From positions 1-64,000 of the IMG/VR virus record IMGVR_UViG_3300036964_000424: a stretch of 64,000 nt of DNA. One strand, given 5' to 3'. The DNA is from a virus (taxonomy: Duplodnaviria; Caudoviricetes). The notes beneath the pieces were generated by a model, which worked only from the letters and a program-made list of their open reading frames with translations, ran no database searches and was not told the origin of the DNA. The position numbers and the translations under genes were made by a program. The first letter of the stretch is position 1. The number at the start of each line of letters is the position of its first letter. Shown here piece by piece: positions 40,252-50,939 of the stretch.

Positions 40252-41616
40252 TTGGGAAATAATCTGTATTCCTCAGATATGGAAGAAAGTGTTTTATGCT
40301 GTGTTTTAAATGACGGTAATTTATATAATATATTAGTAGATATTTGCAATGAGAAAGATTTTTGGTATCAGCCATATTCTTGGCTATGGGCTACTTTTCA
40401 AAGATTATATGAACGTAATTCGAATATTGATATTATTACTGTTCAGGATGAACTCCAGCGAGTAAGAAATTTCGAAAGCTTTTCTACATTTGACGGGGAA
40501 TATTCTGGATATGATGCACTATTATATTTAAAAAATAAGCCGAATGTAGTTTTGGATAATTATGAATCATATGGGAAGCAGGTAAAAGACGACAGTAACA
40601 AAAGAAGAATCCAAGAAATTGTTAATAAAAGTTTAGGCTGGATTAATCAAGGCAATGATTCAAGCAGCATTTTAACAAATTTAGAACTTGAATTAGGAAA
40701 AATATCGGCCTTCTGTGGAACCAATATTAAATCTATTAAAAATATTAGTGATGCGGTTGACGAGGCTGTAGAAGAAACTACCCTTGCCAGCTTGTCTAAG
40801 GGTAAATTTATTGATACTGGAATCAAAGCACTGGATGAAATTACCGGAGGCTTGTTCCCAGGGCAATTAACTACTATTGCGGCAAGGCAGGGTTTAGGCA
40901 AAAGCTCTTTAGCTTTAAGTATTGCTATGAATGTCGCAATAAATAATGAAATCAAAAGAAAAGTTGGTATATTTACATTAGAAATGAGTAGCACTGAATA
41001 TGTAAACAGAATGATATCTTCTTTAAGCGGCATTGATAGTTTGAGGCTTAAAAAAGGCATTATTTATAAAGATGAAAGAAGTAAATATGAAGAAGCTGTA
41101 AATAAAATAAAAGATTCAGGAAATATTGTAATAGATGATACGAGTAATATTACAATGTCTATGATCAGAAATAAACTACGCAAAATGAAAGAATGGGGGA
41201 TAGAAGTAGCCGTTATTGATCAAATGGGGTTGATTGCTGACAGATTCCCGAATGAACAGGAACATGTTCGCGTAGACAGATTAAGCTATTTACTGAAAAA
41301 TTTAGCAAGAGAATTTGATATAAGCATAATTAATATCCAGCAAATGAACCGATCTATTGAAAGTATACAGCGCGTAAAATTTAAAGAGCCGCAGACTAGT
41401 GATTTAGCCCAAGCTGGGGAGAGTAGCCCCGATTTGATTATTATGATTACGCATGAAATGCAAAACAAAGTTATTTTAAAATCAAAACTATGGATTGTAA
41501 AAAACAGAAATGGTGCTATGGGTAGTGTTGATGTAAAATTTGATGCTAAAAGAACGTTGTTCAGGGATTTGACGGAAAAAGAATTAGCGGAGCAAGCACC
41601 AGATTTTATGAATTAG
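40252..41616 (+). CDS. dnaB: Replicative DNA helicase
   Basis: TG...LD..TGG, AARQGLGKS, FTLEMS, QMNR, KNRNG. Confidence 0.88.
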   Translation: MGNNLYSSDMEESVLCCVLNDGNLYNILVDICNEKDFWYQPYSWLWATFQRLYERNSNIDIITVQDELQRVRNFESFSTFDGEYSGYDALLYLKNKPNVVLDNYESYGKQVKDDSNKRRIQEIVNKSLGWINQGNDSSSILTNLELELGKISAFCGTNIKSIKNISDAVDEAVEETTLASLSKGKFIDTGIKALDEITGGLFPGQLTTIAARQGLGKSSLALSIAMNVAINNEIKRKVGIFTLEMSSTEYVNRMISSLSGIDSLRLKKGIIYKDERSKYEEAVNKIKDSGNIVIDDTSNITMSMIRNKLRKMKEWGIEVAVIDQMGLIADRFPNEQEHVRVDRLSYLLKNLAREFDISIINIQQMNRSIESIQRVKFKEPQTSDLAQAGESSPDLIIMITHEMQNKVILKSKLWIVKNRNGAMGSVDVKFDAKRTLFRDLTEKELAEQAPDFMN

Positions 41617-41777
41617 ATCCCTAAAACCATTTAGTTTACGATCTTGATATATGGCTCTTGCATTTTTTATAAATCTGTGATACAATAATAGTAAGATGGC
41701 AACTTGCAGTTTTAGCTTCAATGCTGGATTAGAAAGGAGAATCAATTATTTATAAATACGAAACAATTTTAGATAAT

Positions 41778-42542
41778 ATGACATGGTCTTATAGTAGCGT
41801 AAACAGCTTCGCTACTTGTCCGCATATGTTTAAATTAACATATATTGATTCTGTAAATAGAAAGAATAACTTCTTTTCAGAATATGGCTTATTTTCCCAC
41901 AAGATATTAGAAAATTATTTTAAAGATAAATTAGATATTATGGAGTTAGCTTTATATTATGAAAATGACTATGCTAAAAACATTATAATGCCTCCTCCGC
42001 CTTATCCTGCAGGGATGAGTGAAAAATATTATAAACAAGGATTAGAATTTTTTCTAAATTTTGATTTTAACAAAGAAAAATATAATATTATTTATATAGA
42101 GAAAAAGATTCAAGCTGTTTTTAATGATATAAAATTGGTAGCAAAGCCAGATTTGATCTTAAAAGAAAAAGATACTGGTAAAAATATTTTGATTGATTAC
42201 AAAACTTCGGTACCTTTTATAAAAGAAACTCCCAATATGAAAAAAATAGATGAATATAAAAAACAGCTTTATCTTTATTCATATTTTACAAACGAACAGC
42301 TACATGCAAATATAGATATAATTAAATTGTGGTTTCTTAGAGTAAACAAGTGGTATGAATTTGCTTATAACGAAGATGAAGCGGCAGACGTTGTGAATTG
42401 GTTTTATAGCACGATATTAGATATAAAATCGGAAGAAGTATTTCCTCCTTGTGATATAAAAAAGAATGCTTATTTTTGCGATAATCTTTGTTCTGTAAAA
42501 GAGCATTGCAAATATCAGCATAACAAGGCACATCAAAAATAG
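41778..42542 (+). CDS. PD-(D/E)xK exonuclease (RecB/Cas4-like, Fe-S type)
   Basis: WSYS....F.TCP, PDL...IDYKT, QLYLY, FC..LC....HC. Confidence 0.8.
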   Translation: MTWSYSSVNSFATCPHMFKLTYIDSVNRKNNFFSEYGLFSHKILENYFKDKLDIMELALYYENDYAKNIIMPPPPYPAGMSEKYYKQGLEFFLNFDFNKEKYNIIYIEKKIQAVFNDIKLVAKPDLILKEKDTGKNILIDYKTSVPFIKETPNMKKIDEYKKQLYLYSYFTNEQLHANIDIIKLWFLRVNKWYEFAYNEDEAADVVNWFYSTILDIKSEEVFPPCDIKKNAYFCDNLCSVKEHCKYQHNKAHQK

Positions 42543-42884
42543 TAAAAGGATATAATATTGGAAACAAGGGTCGAAATTTACAGATGTGCTTGGTAATGAA
42601 TTTACATGGGACGGACAATATCTGATTTGCGAAAATTGGGAATCGTTTTCGATTCCTTTTAATATCAAACGAGGATATCTAAAACTAGAGCCTAGTGAAA
42701 ACACATTAATCCGAATTATGAATAATAATCAGGTTGATGAAAACACTGCTTTTTTTGATTAATAAAACGTGTATTTTATAGGGGGCGAAATCATTGACAA
42801 AAGGCAAAAAGCATGGTACACTTATCTACATGAAATCAATAACTGAATTGCAACTGCTTTTAGATAATCATATTTATTATAATC

Positions 42885-45560
42885 ATGATTATCATAGCAC
42901 GAGGAAAAATGAATAAAAAAAATTATGCATTCGACATAGAAGTATTCCCTAACTTTTTTTGTGCTACCTTTATGAATGTAGAAGATAGTGCAGAATATAG
43001 TAGTTTTATAATTGCGTGGAAATTGGGAATTGATCAATCGGAAGAAATGAAAGCCTTTGTAGATAGCAATGTATCATCTATGATAGGTTATAATAATTTG
43101 TATTATGATTATCCTATTCTCGAATCTATATATAATTATAACGGGAAAGATTTAAACAGCGATATATTTAAATTATCTAAAAAAATTATAGATGGGGATA
43201 GAGGAGAGAATTTCGGGCATAGAAAAAATTATCTTTGGGAACAAATTGACCTAATGAAGATGATGGCTTTCGATAAATTAGGTGTTAGTTTGAAACAATG
43301 CGCAATCAATTTGAAATGGGGAAAAATTCAAGATTTGCCATTAGCCTACGATCATAATGTTAGTAAAGACGAAATAGAAATTATTATAAAGTACAATATA
43401 AATGATGTTTTGATTACACTAGAATTATATAAATCCTTAGCCGAAGAGATTAATTTGCGTAAGGAATTAAGCGAATTATATAAAGTAAATTTACTTAGCG
43501 CAAGTGATAGTAAAATTGCCAATATATTATTAGAAAAATTTTATACTGAAGATAGCGGGCTAAATATTACCGAACTGAGAAAGCTTAGAACGCCTAGAGA
43601 ATTTCTATGGCTAAAAAATTGTATGTGCGACGGTATTGCGTTTAAAACTAAAAAGCTAAGAGAACTTAAATTAGAATTAGGTAATACCCTAGTAGTAAAA
43701 GAGAATAATTTTGCATATAATAAAACGATAAGCTTTGGATCTAATTATTATGATTTGGGTATTGGGGGATTGCATAGTGTGGATTCACCTGGGATTTTTG
43801 AATCAGATGAAAATTATAGAATAATAGATATAGATTGCCAAAGCTTTTATCCTTCGATCATGATCCAAAATAAAATTAAGCCGGAACACTTGGGTGATAA
43901 TTTTATTAATATTTTGAGAGACATTACAAAACAACGGATTGAAGCAAAAAAAGAAAATAATACAGTAAAGGCGGCAGGTTTAAAAATTGTTATCAATTCT
44001 ATTTTTGGAAAATTAGGAAGTGATACCTTTTGGCTATATGATCCCAAGGCGTTTCTTACCGTTACAGTATCGGGGCAATTATTTCTTTTGATGCTAATTG
44101 AAGATTTGGTTCTCCATGGAATAAAAGTTATATCTGCTAATACCGATGGCATTGTTAGCAAAATACCTGCAGATAAATACGAAACCTTTAAAAAAGTATG
44201 CATGGAGTGGGAAACAAAAACAGGATTCGTTTTAGAGGAAACTGAATATAGCAAATATATCAGAAGCGATGTAAATAATTATATTGTTAAAAAAATAGAT
44301 GGGCATATAAAAGAAAAAGGTAGATATATGACATCTTTGAATCTAAAAAAAGGATATAAATATCCGGTAGTATCAAAAGCCATGTTTGAATATTTTATTA
44401 ATGATGTACCAATAGAAAATACAATAAAAAACAATACGGATATATTAGATTTTTGCCTGTCTGAAAAAACAGGAAAGGATTTTATTCTAGAATTTAGAGA
44501 CGACAATCAAACAATCCCACTTCAAAAAACTAATAGATTCTATATTAGTAACACCGGCGGAACGTTAGTAAAAATTAATACTAATACTGGGAAAGAAATC
44601 GGATTAGCGGTAGGGAAATTATGCAGAATATTAAATGACTATGATCATACTTTAGATTTTTCTGAATATGATGTAAATTATAATTATTATATAGAAGAAG
44701 CATTAAAATATATAGAATCTATAGAAAATTCCAAAGAAGAAGAATTTTTTGAAATCGAGGAAGAAAGTTCGGAAGAAGAAAGGGATATATTTGAAAATAT
44801 AGAAACAAAAAATATTAATATAGTTCCCCCTAAATTTAGATATTCAACCTATGCTTATAAATTTGATAAAAATAAAAATTGTATTTGGCGGGGGATTGGA
44901 TCGCTGAAGTATGTTACTAAAAAAGTGGCAGAAGATTTAGAATCCCTTTCTAGCAAAACATATATAGACTTTATAGATTTTTTGATTGATGTAGAGGAAA
45001 ACACTACTATTAACTCCAAGCAAATGGAAATATTGATAATGCTAGATTTCTTTTCTGAATTTGGGAAAAATGGTAAACTTATGAAAATATATGATTTATT
45101 TAAAAAGGGAGATAACAAATATACTAAAAGTCTAAAACAAGAAACTAAGAACAACCGCATAGAAGCAATTCGTAAAATTTCCGAAAGCCTCCCTAATAAC
45201 CGAGTTTCAGTTATAGACCAAATAAATTTTGATAAATCTTTATTTGGGCAAATACAAACGGTTTATCCTATACAAAAAAATTATGTTTTAATAACAAGGA
45301 TTGACACAACTTATTCTCCAAAAGCCACTATATATTGCTTCAATAACGGGAATTATGCTAACTTAAAAGTTAGAAAAGCAATTTTCATGGGGAAGAAATT
45401 TAAGAAAGATGATATTCTGTTTTGTAAAAAGTTTGCCAAAGAGCCTTCTGTAATAAAAGTAAATAATGAATGGGTTAAAACTGGAGGATCGGAATTTTGG
45501 TTAGTGGATTATGATAAAGTATCCTATGAAGAATTTGACAATATAATATCGAATCTGTAG
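42885..45560 (+). CDS. Family B DNA polymerase with DnaE-like C-terminal extension
   Basis: Exonuclease FDIE, GYN..YD, YN.NDV; polymerase D..SFYPS, K...NS.FGK, NTDG; tail PPKFRYS...G..SLKY...INSKQ...LI.LDFF.EFG. Confidence 0.85.
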   Translation: MIIIARGKMNKKNYAFDIEVFPNFFCATFMNVEDSAEYSSFIIAWKLGIDQSEEMKAFVDSNVSSMIGYNNLYYDYPILESIYNYNGKDLNSDIFKLSKKIIDGDRGENFGHRKNYLWEQIDLMKMMAFDKLGVSLKQCAINLKWGKIQDLPLAYDHNVSKDEIEIIIKYNINDVLITLELYKSLAEEINLRKELSELYKVNLLSASDSKIANILLEKFYTEDSGLNITELRKLRTPREFLWLKNCMCDGIAFKTKKLRELKLELGNTLVVKENNFAYNKTISFGSNYYDLGIGGLHSVDSPGIFESDENYRIIDIDCQSFYPSIMIQNKIKPEHLGDNFINILRDITKQRIEAKKENNTVKAAGLKIVINSIFGKLGSDTFWLYDPKAFLTVTVSGQLFLLMLIEDLVLHGIKVISANTDGIVSKIPADKYETFKKVCMEWETKTGFVLEETEYSKYIRSDVNNYIVKKIDGHIKEKGRYMTSLNLKKGYKYPVVSKAMFEYFINDVPIENTIKNNTDILDFCLSEKTGKDFILEFRDDNQTIPLQKTNRFYISNTGGTLVKINTNTGKEIGLAVGKLCRILNDYDHTLDFSEYDVNYNYYIEEALKYIESIENSKEEEFFEIEEESSEEERDIFENIETKNINIVPPKFRYSTYAYKFDKNKNCIWRGIGSLKYVTKKVAEDLESLSSKTYIDFIDFLIDVEENTTINSKQMEILIMLDFFSEFGKNGKLMKIYDLFKKGDNKYTKSLKQETKNNRIEAIRKISESLPNNRVSVIDQINFDKSLFGQIQTVYPIQKNYVLITRIDTTYSPKATIYCFNNGNYANLKVRKAIFMGKKFKKDDILFCKKFAKEPSVIKVNNEWVKTGGSEFWLVDYDKVSYEEFDNIISNL

Positions 45561-45584
45561 TATAATAATATAGGAAAAATAATA

Positions 45585-46712
45585 ATGCAAAAAGGAAATT
45601 TAATAAAAGTACCAGTGACAGGGCAAGTTATTGAAGAAGAAGAAGTTGAAGCTTTGAAAAAGGTAGCGGAGAACAAGCAATTTGCTCCTGCAGAAAAAGT
45701 AAAAGAATTTGAGCATAATTTTGCTAGATATGTGGGAAAAAAGCATGGAATATTTGTAAACAGCGGTTCTTCTGCTAATTTATTAGCCGTAACCGCCTAT
45801 AAAAAATATACTAATGAATCCTTAGTAACATTGCCCGCACTGATGTTTCCTACTACGCTCAATCCTTATTTGCAAAACAATTATGATGTTGAATTGATAG
45901 ACGTTGATATAGAAACCCTACAAGCACAACTTCCCCAAAAGCATGGCGTACATACTTTAGGAAATTATTCTGATATATCTGGAATAGAAGATTCTTGCGA
46001 TGCATTATTCCCTGGAAATTATAAAGGCATAATCCAGACATTTTCTTTTTTTCCTGCACATTTTCTGAGCTGTGGAGAAGGTGGAATGGTTACGACAGAC
46101 AATGTTGATTTATACAAGCTAATGGTGTCTTTTTCACACTGGGGAAAAGATTGTTTTTGCCCATTAGGATATGATAATGCTTGCGGGAAAAGATTTGATC
46201 AGCAATTTGGCGAAATGCCATATGGATATGATCATAAATACATTTATAGTAATATCGGATATAATTTAGCTGGAACTGAAATGGGAGCGGCTATAGGGAT
46301 AGAACAACTAAAAAAACTACCAAGATTTTTAGAAATTAGAAAGCACAACTTTACAAAATTATATCAAGGATTAAATAAATATTCAGATGTTTTTATTCTG
46401 CCTAAAACAGTTTTACCTGCCACTGCTTGGTTTTCGTTTCCTATAACTATTAGAAAAGAAACGAATATACAAAGAAGGGACTTAGTACAATTTTTAGATT
46501 CTAAAGGGGTTGGATCCCGTCCTATTATGGGTGGTAATTTGAAAAGGCAACCAGCATATTCAAATATTCCATTTATAGTAAAAGAAAGCCTTCATAATTC
46601 TGATTTGATAACTGAAAATTCCTTTTATGTAGGAATATGGCATGGGCTAAAAGATGAACAAATAGAATATACTATTTCGGTTATTTCGGAGTTTATAGAA
46701 AATCGTGCATAA
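45585..46712 (+). CDS. DegT/RfbH-like PLP-dependent NDP-sugar dehydratase
   Basis: VNSGSSANL, EDSCDA, SFFPAH..CGEGG (His at the PLP-lysine position), YDHKY.Y..IGYN. Confidence 0.85.
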   Translation: MQKGNLIKVPVTGQVIEEEEVEALKKVAENKQFAPAEKVKEFEHNFARYVGKKHGIFVNSGSSANLLAVTAYKKYTNESLVTLPALMFPTTLNPYLQNNYDVELIDVDIETLQAQLPQKHGVHTLGNYSDISGIEDSCDALFPGNYKGIIQTFSFFPAHFLSCGEGGMVTTDNVDLYKLMVSFSHWGKDCFCPLGYDNACGKRFDQQFGEMPYGYDHKYIYSNIGYNLAGTEMGAAIGIEQLKKLPRFLEIRKHNFTKLYQGLNKYSDVFILPKTVLPATAWFSFPITIRKETNIQRRDLVQFLDSKGVGSRPIMGGNLKRQPAYSNIPFIVKESLHNSDLITENSFYVGIWHGLKDEQIEYTISVISEFIENRA

Positions 46713-47400
46713 CATAGTTCTTGGATGTGGCCTTTTAGGCAAAGAAATTGTGAAACAAACCGGATGGGATTGTCTTTCTAGGAAAGAAACGCCAGATTTT
46801 GATTTCCGCTATTTAAGAACTTACATCAAATATCTTTATGCATACGACATAATTATTAATTGTGTGGCAAATACTAATACTTATAGTGATGATAAAATAG
46901 CTATGTTAGAAACTAATTTTAAGCCAGTTTGTAAGCTTACAGATTGGTGCGAAAAAAATGGTAAGAAGCTAGTACATATTTCTACAGATTACGTATATGC
47001 AGGCAGTATTCATCCTTCAAAAGAATCAGATGTTCCAGTTCATGCTCGAACATGGTATGCATATTCTAAATTATTAGCTGATGGATATATAGAAAGTTTT
47101 TCTACTAATTATTTGATTATTAGAACATCCTTCAAAAGATACCCTTTTCCTTATGAAAAAGCTATAGTGATGCAAAAAGGGAATTTTGATTATGTGCCAA
47201 GAATAGCTGAAAAAATTATAAATCTTATAAATAAAAATTCCCACGGAATAGTTAATGTGGGGCATATTCCATCTTGGAACATGTATGAAATGGCTAAAGA
47301 AACAAAGCCAGATATAAAAGTTACAACTGAACTTATAAATAAAAATATGCCAAGAAATATCACAATGGATTTATCCAAAATGAAATCATTATTACAATAA
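46705..47400 (+). CDS. RmlD-like NDP-sugar reductase
   Basis: LGCGLLG, HISTDYVY, YAYSK, IIRTS. Confidence 0.82.
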   Translation: MHNIVLGCGLLGKEIVKQTGWDCLSRKETPDFDFRYLRTYIKYLYAYDIIINCVANTNTYSDDKIAMLETNFKPVCKLTDWCEKNGKKLVHISTDYVYAGSIHPSKESDVPVHARTWYAYSKLLADGYIESFSTNYLIIRTSFKRYPFPYEKAIVMQKGNFDYVPRIAEKIINLINKNSHGIVNVGHIPSWNMYEMAKETKPDIKVTTELINKNMPRNITMDLSKMKSLLQ

Positions 47401-47416
47401 GAAAAAGGAACTAATA

Positions 47417-48121
47417 ATGCCTAAAATTTCTGTACTTATTCCCGCCTATATAAATAATAAAAAAGAATTAAAATTATTAATCTATAATTTAAATCAAATT
47501 AAATTACAAAAAATGAAAGATTTTGAAGTAATTATATCGGATGATTCGCCATCTAATATTGTAGAAAAATATGTAAAAAATATAAAAGACATAGATATTA
47601 AATACATAAAAAATAGTGGTAAAAAAGGTATTGGAGGAAATACAAATAATGCCATGCTTCATGCAAGCGGCGATTTATTTCATATATTATATCAAGATGA
47701 TTACTTCTTTAGTGAAAATTCTCTAGATACAATAGTTGAAAATTTTGACTATAATGCTAAATGGATGGTTTCAGCTTATTTCCATACAAAAAATAGAAAT
47801 GAGTTTTTCAATTTGCATATACCATCTTGGAATAATGAAATATATATTAGAAATACTATTGGAACGGCATCCTGCCTTACTATTTTAAATAAAGATATTA
47901 TTCTTTTTGATGAAAATTTGAAATGGTTTGTAGATTGCGAATATTATTATAGGCTTTACAAAAAGTGGGGATTGCCTAAAATATTAGAAGATATTATATT
48001 CATACAGTATTTATGGGAAGGGCAAGCTACTAATACTATTACCGAAGATATTGTAAAATATGAAATTGAATATATGAGAATTATGCACGGAGATCAAACC
48101 TATGGTTCTGAAATTATCTGA
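47417..48121 (+). CDS. Glycosyltransferase family 2
   Basis: ISVLIPAY, EVIISDDS, YQDD. Confidence 0.85.
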   Translation: MPKISVLIPAYINNKKELKLLIYNLNQIKLQKMKDFEVIISDDSPSNIVEKYVKNIKDIDIKYIKNSGKKGIGGNTNNAMLHASGDLFHILYQDDYFFSENSLDTIVENFDYNAKWMVSAYFHTKNRNEFFNLHIPSWNNEIYIRNTIGTASCLTILNKDIILFDENLKWFVDCEYYYRLYKKWGLPKILEDIIFIQYLWEGQATNTITEDIVKYEIEYMRIMHGDQTYGSEII

Positions 48122-48749
48122 TATAACGCTAGTCGGAGTAGATTGTACTGATAGAATAATGTCTACTATTGAAGCCATGAACATATCTTCGCAGGGAATC
48201 ATATACGGAGAAACAATCTTGTTTTCTCATAAAAAGCCTGCGCTTATGCCAAGCTATTTTAAATTTATAAAGATCCCTAAGATAGAAAATATAGATGCAT
48301 ATAGTTATTTCATGTTTAAAGAATTGGGCAATTATATTAATACTACCCATTGCCTTACAGTTCATGATCACGGGTATGTTTTGAATAAAAATGTATTTGA
48401 TTATAGCTGGTTGCAATATGATTGGATTGGGGCACCTTGGCCTGTTATAGAAGGCGCATATATAGCGAATAACGGGGAAATAGTCAGGGTAGGCAATGGC
48501 GGGTTTTCTTTACGCAGTTCACGAATTTTAAAATTGCCAATAGAAAAAGGATGGTATTTGCGAGAAGAACAAGGTTGGAAAAATGAAGATGGTAATTTTT
48601 GTTGCTACTGGCGCAAAGAAATGTTAGAAAATGGGATAAAATATGCACCTATAGAAGTTGCGGCAAAGTTTTCATATGAAAATGATGTGCCTGAAAATAT
48701 GCATATAAAAGAGTTCTTTGGGTTTCATAGAAACTATCCAATACGATAA
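48102..48749 (+). CDS. DUF5672-like glycosyltransferase
   Basis: YDWIGAPW, VGNGGFSLRS, ED, A.KFS.E, FGFH. Confidence 0.8.
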   Translation: MVLKLSDITLVGVDCTDRIMSTIEAMNISSQGIIYGETILFSHKKPALMPSYFKFIKIPKIENIDAYSYFMFKELGNYINTTHCLTVHDHGYVLNKNVFDYSWLQYDWIGAPWPVIEGAYIANNGEIVRVGNGGFSLRSSRILKLPIEKGWYLREEQGWKNEDGNFCCYWRKEMLENGIKYAPIEVAAKFSYENDVPENMHIKEFFGFHRNYPIR

Positions 48750-48805
48750 ATATGATTATAATTAGCATTATACTTAGTTAGAAATGAAATTGGGAATAAT
48801 TATCA

Positions 48806-49129
48806 ATGAATGATTTAGAAATATTAGCACGAAAATATGGAACAGATAAAAGAACGAATGATCCAGGCCAAAATATTTATCATGGATATACAGATATATA
48901 TTATGAAATGTTCAAAGGTATGCGAAATGAAAAATTAAATATTGTGGAAATTGGGGTGCAGAACGGGTATAGCACTTTTATGTTTCGTGATTTTTTCCCT
49001 AATGCAATGATTTATGGTATCGATACATTCGGGGACATTGGCTGTAAAACAAAAGTTGAAGATATTGAGGGTGATAGAATCAAGATTTTAGTTGCAGATC
49101 AATCAGATGATTTATCTGATATTATATGA
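48806..49129 (+). pseudogene. Truncated class I SAM methyltransferase
   Basis: YGTDK...H.Y...LNIVEIGV..G.S...FPNA.IYGID...DQSD, then stops before the expected IIDDG motif. Confidence 0.6.
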
Positions 49130-49132
49130 ATT

Positions 49133-50014
49133 GTGCTTAAAAATGGAGGTGAGTTGAAATTGTTACCAAAACATATCGAAAATGTTATAGTTCCACCAAT
49201 TAAATGTCAAGGTATAAAAACAAAACTGGTTAATTTTATCGCAAATAATATTGTATGGGATGGCGAAGGTCGTTGGATTGAACCATTTTTAGGCTCTGGA
49301 GTTGTGCTTTTTAATATACAGCCAGAAAGGGCTCTTATTAGTGATAAGAATGAACACATAATTAATTTTTATAGAGGCATTCAATCTGGATATATAAACC
49401 CAATATCAGCCAGAGAATTTTTAGAATACCATGGTGAAAGGCTCAATAATATTGGTGAGGATTATTATTATCAAATGCGAGATGAATTTAACGAAACAAA
49501 AAATCCGTTGTATTTTTTATTTTTAAGTCGAGCCTGTTTTAATGGTGTTATGAGGTTTAGTAAAAAGGGAAAATTTAATGTGCCATTTTGTAAAAAGCCT
49601 GATAGATTTAGACCCGCTTATGTTACAAAAATTGTTAACCAAATTGAAAAAGTATCGAGAGTAATGTTAGGTCGGGACTGGGTATTTCAAGCCTGTGATT
49701 GGAGAGAAACAATACAGCAAGCGGCTGAAGATGATTTTATTTATATAGACCCCCCATACATAGGACGAAGCACTGGTTATATAGGCGACTGGGAACAGAA
49801 CGAAGCGAACGAATTAGCAGAATATGCAAGAACTTCTCCAGCAGGGTTTGCTCTTTCAATGTGGAAACAAAATAAATACAGGGTAAATACACATATTGAA
49901 GAAGCATGGGGCGGGTTAGAAATGAGAGAATTTAATCATTTTTACCATGTAGGTTCAAGTGAAGATTTAAGAAATACAATGATTGAAGCATTAATTATTA
50001 AAGAAGGAATTTAA
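49133..50014 (+). CDS. DNA adenine methyltransferase, M.EcoRV-like
   Basis: VPPIKCQGIKTKLV, FNVPFCKKP.RF..AY.TKI.NQ, DPPYIGR, HFYHVG...R..M.EALI closely follow M.EcoRV as recalled. Confidence 0.85.
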   Translation: MLKNGGELKLLPKHIENVIVPPIKCQGIKTKLVNFIANNIVWDGEGRWIEPFLGSGVVLFNIQPERALISDKNEHIINFYRGIQSGYINPISAREFLEYHGERLNNIGEDYYYQMRDEFNETKNPLYFLFLSRACFNGVMRFSKKGKFNVPFCKKPDRFRPAYVTKIVNQIEKVSRVMLGRDWVFQACDWRETIQQAAEDDFIYIDPPYIGRSTGYIGDWEQNEANELAEYARTSPAGFALSMWKQNKYRVNTHIEEAWGGLEMREFNHFYHVGSSEDLRNTMIEALIIKEGI

Positions 50015-50017
50015 AGC

Positions 50018-50878
50018 ATGATTAATGTAGACTTAACGGGTAATGTTTCGGATCATATAATAAGATACTGTATTTGCAGAAGTGTTGCTGAAAAAAATAA
50101 TTATAAATTGGGGATAAATCCCATTGCAAGCCATGATTATTATGGCGGAAAAGAACAAATGTATTTCTTTTCTGGCATAGATTATGGTGAATCCATCAAT
50201 ACACCTTATGGTGTTTTGCCTAAAGGAATTGCTAATGTTTGGGAAGAAAAGAGAGAACGGCATGCTGGGTATAATTTTCACCCCTTCCAGCCTGATATTT
50301 TTGATGTTCCTGATAACACAAAATTAGTTATTTACTGTGGACAAGATTCTAACTATTTAATTAAAGAAAAAGTAAAAGAATGGTTGCAAATTAAAGAAGA
50401 ATATATAAAAGACGCTGAAAGATTACTGGATGAAGCGGGAATAGAACTAAATGAAAATATTTGCATTATAAACGCTAGGGGTGGTGAATATAGAGGAGTT
50501 CCTTCATTATTTCTCCGGCACGAGTATTGGGAAAATGCCATACAACTAATGAAACAAAAAAATCCTGATATAAAATTTATTGTTGTAACTGAAGATTTAG
50601 ATTTTTACAAACATTATGAACCTTTTAGTGGCTTTCCGATTTATCATTTTGGAACTAACACCGATTATTATATTCTTAATCGTGCTAAAAATCTAATTGT
50701 TTCTAACTCCGGATTTGGAATTTTTCCTGTATGGCTGAACGAAAATAATCCCTATGCAATAGCACCTTATCTGTGGGCTAATCATAATTTTGGAAAGGAA
50801 GAAGAATGGGCAAATTCAAATATGCGAAGTTGGGGGTGTTTCACTTTTATTGACAGAAAGGGGGATATAGTATTATAA
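50018..50878 (+). CDS. GT11 alpha-1,2-fucosyltransferase-like protein
   Basis: RGGEY, Y...AI, VVTED, I.SNS.F..FP.WL. Confidence 0.7.
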   Translation: MINVDLTGNVSDHIIRYCICRSVAEKNNYKLGINPIASHDYYGGKEQMYFFSGIDYGESINTPYGVLPKGIANVWEEKRERHAGYNFHPFQPDIFDVPDNTKLVIYCGQDSNYLIKEKVKEWLQIKEEYIKDAERLLDEAGIELNENICIINARGGEYRGVPSLFLRHEYWENAIQLMKQKNPDIKFIVVTEDLDFYKHYEPFSGFPIYHFGTNTDYYILNRAKNLIVSNSGFGIFPVWLNENNPYAIAPYLWANHNFGKEEEWANSNMRSWGCFTFIDRKGDIVL

Positions 50879-50939
50879 TAAAGCATTATAAAGCATTCCA
50901 TTTATGGAGTGAAATAATAACTTAAATTAAAGGAAACTT

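Noticed and set aside
41778-42542. CRISPR-associated Cas4
   Set aside because: Lies between helicase and polymerase, the usual context of phage replication exonucleases.
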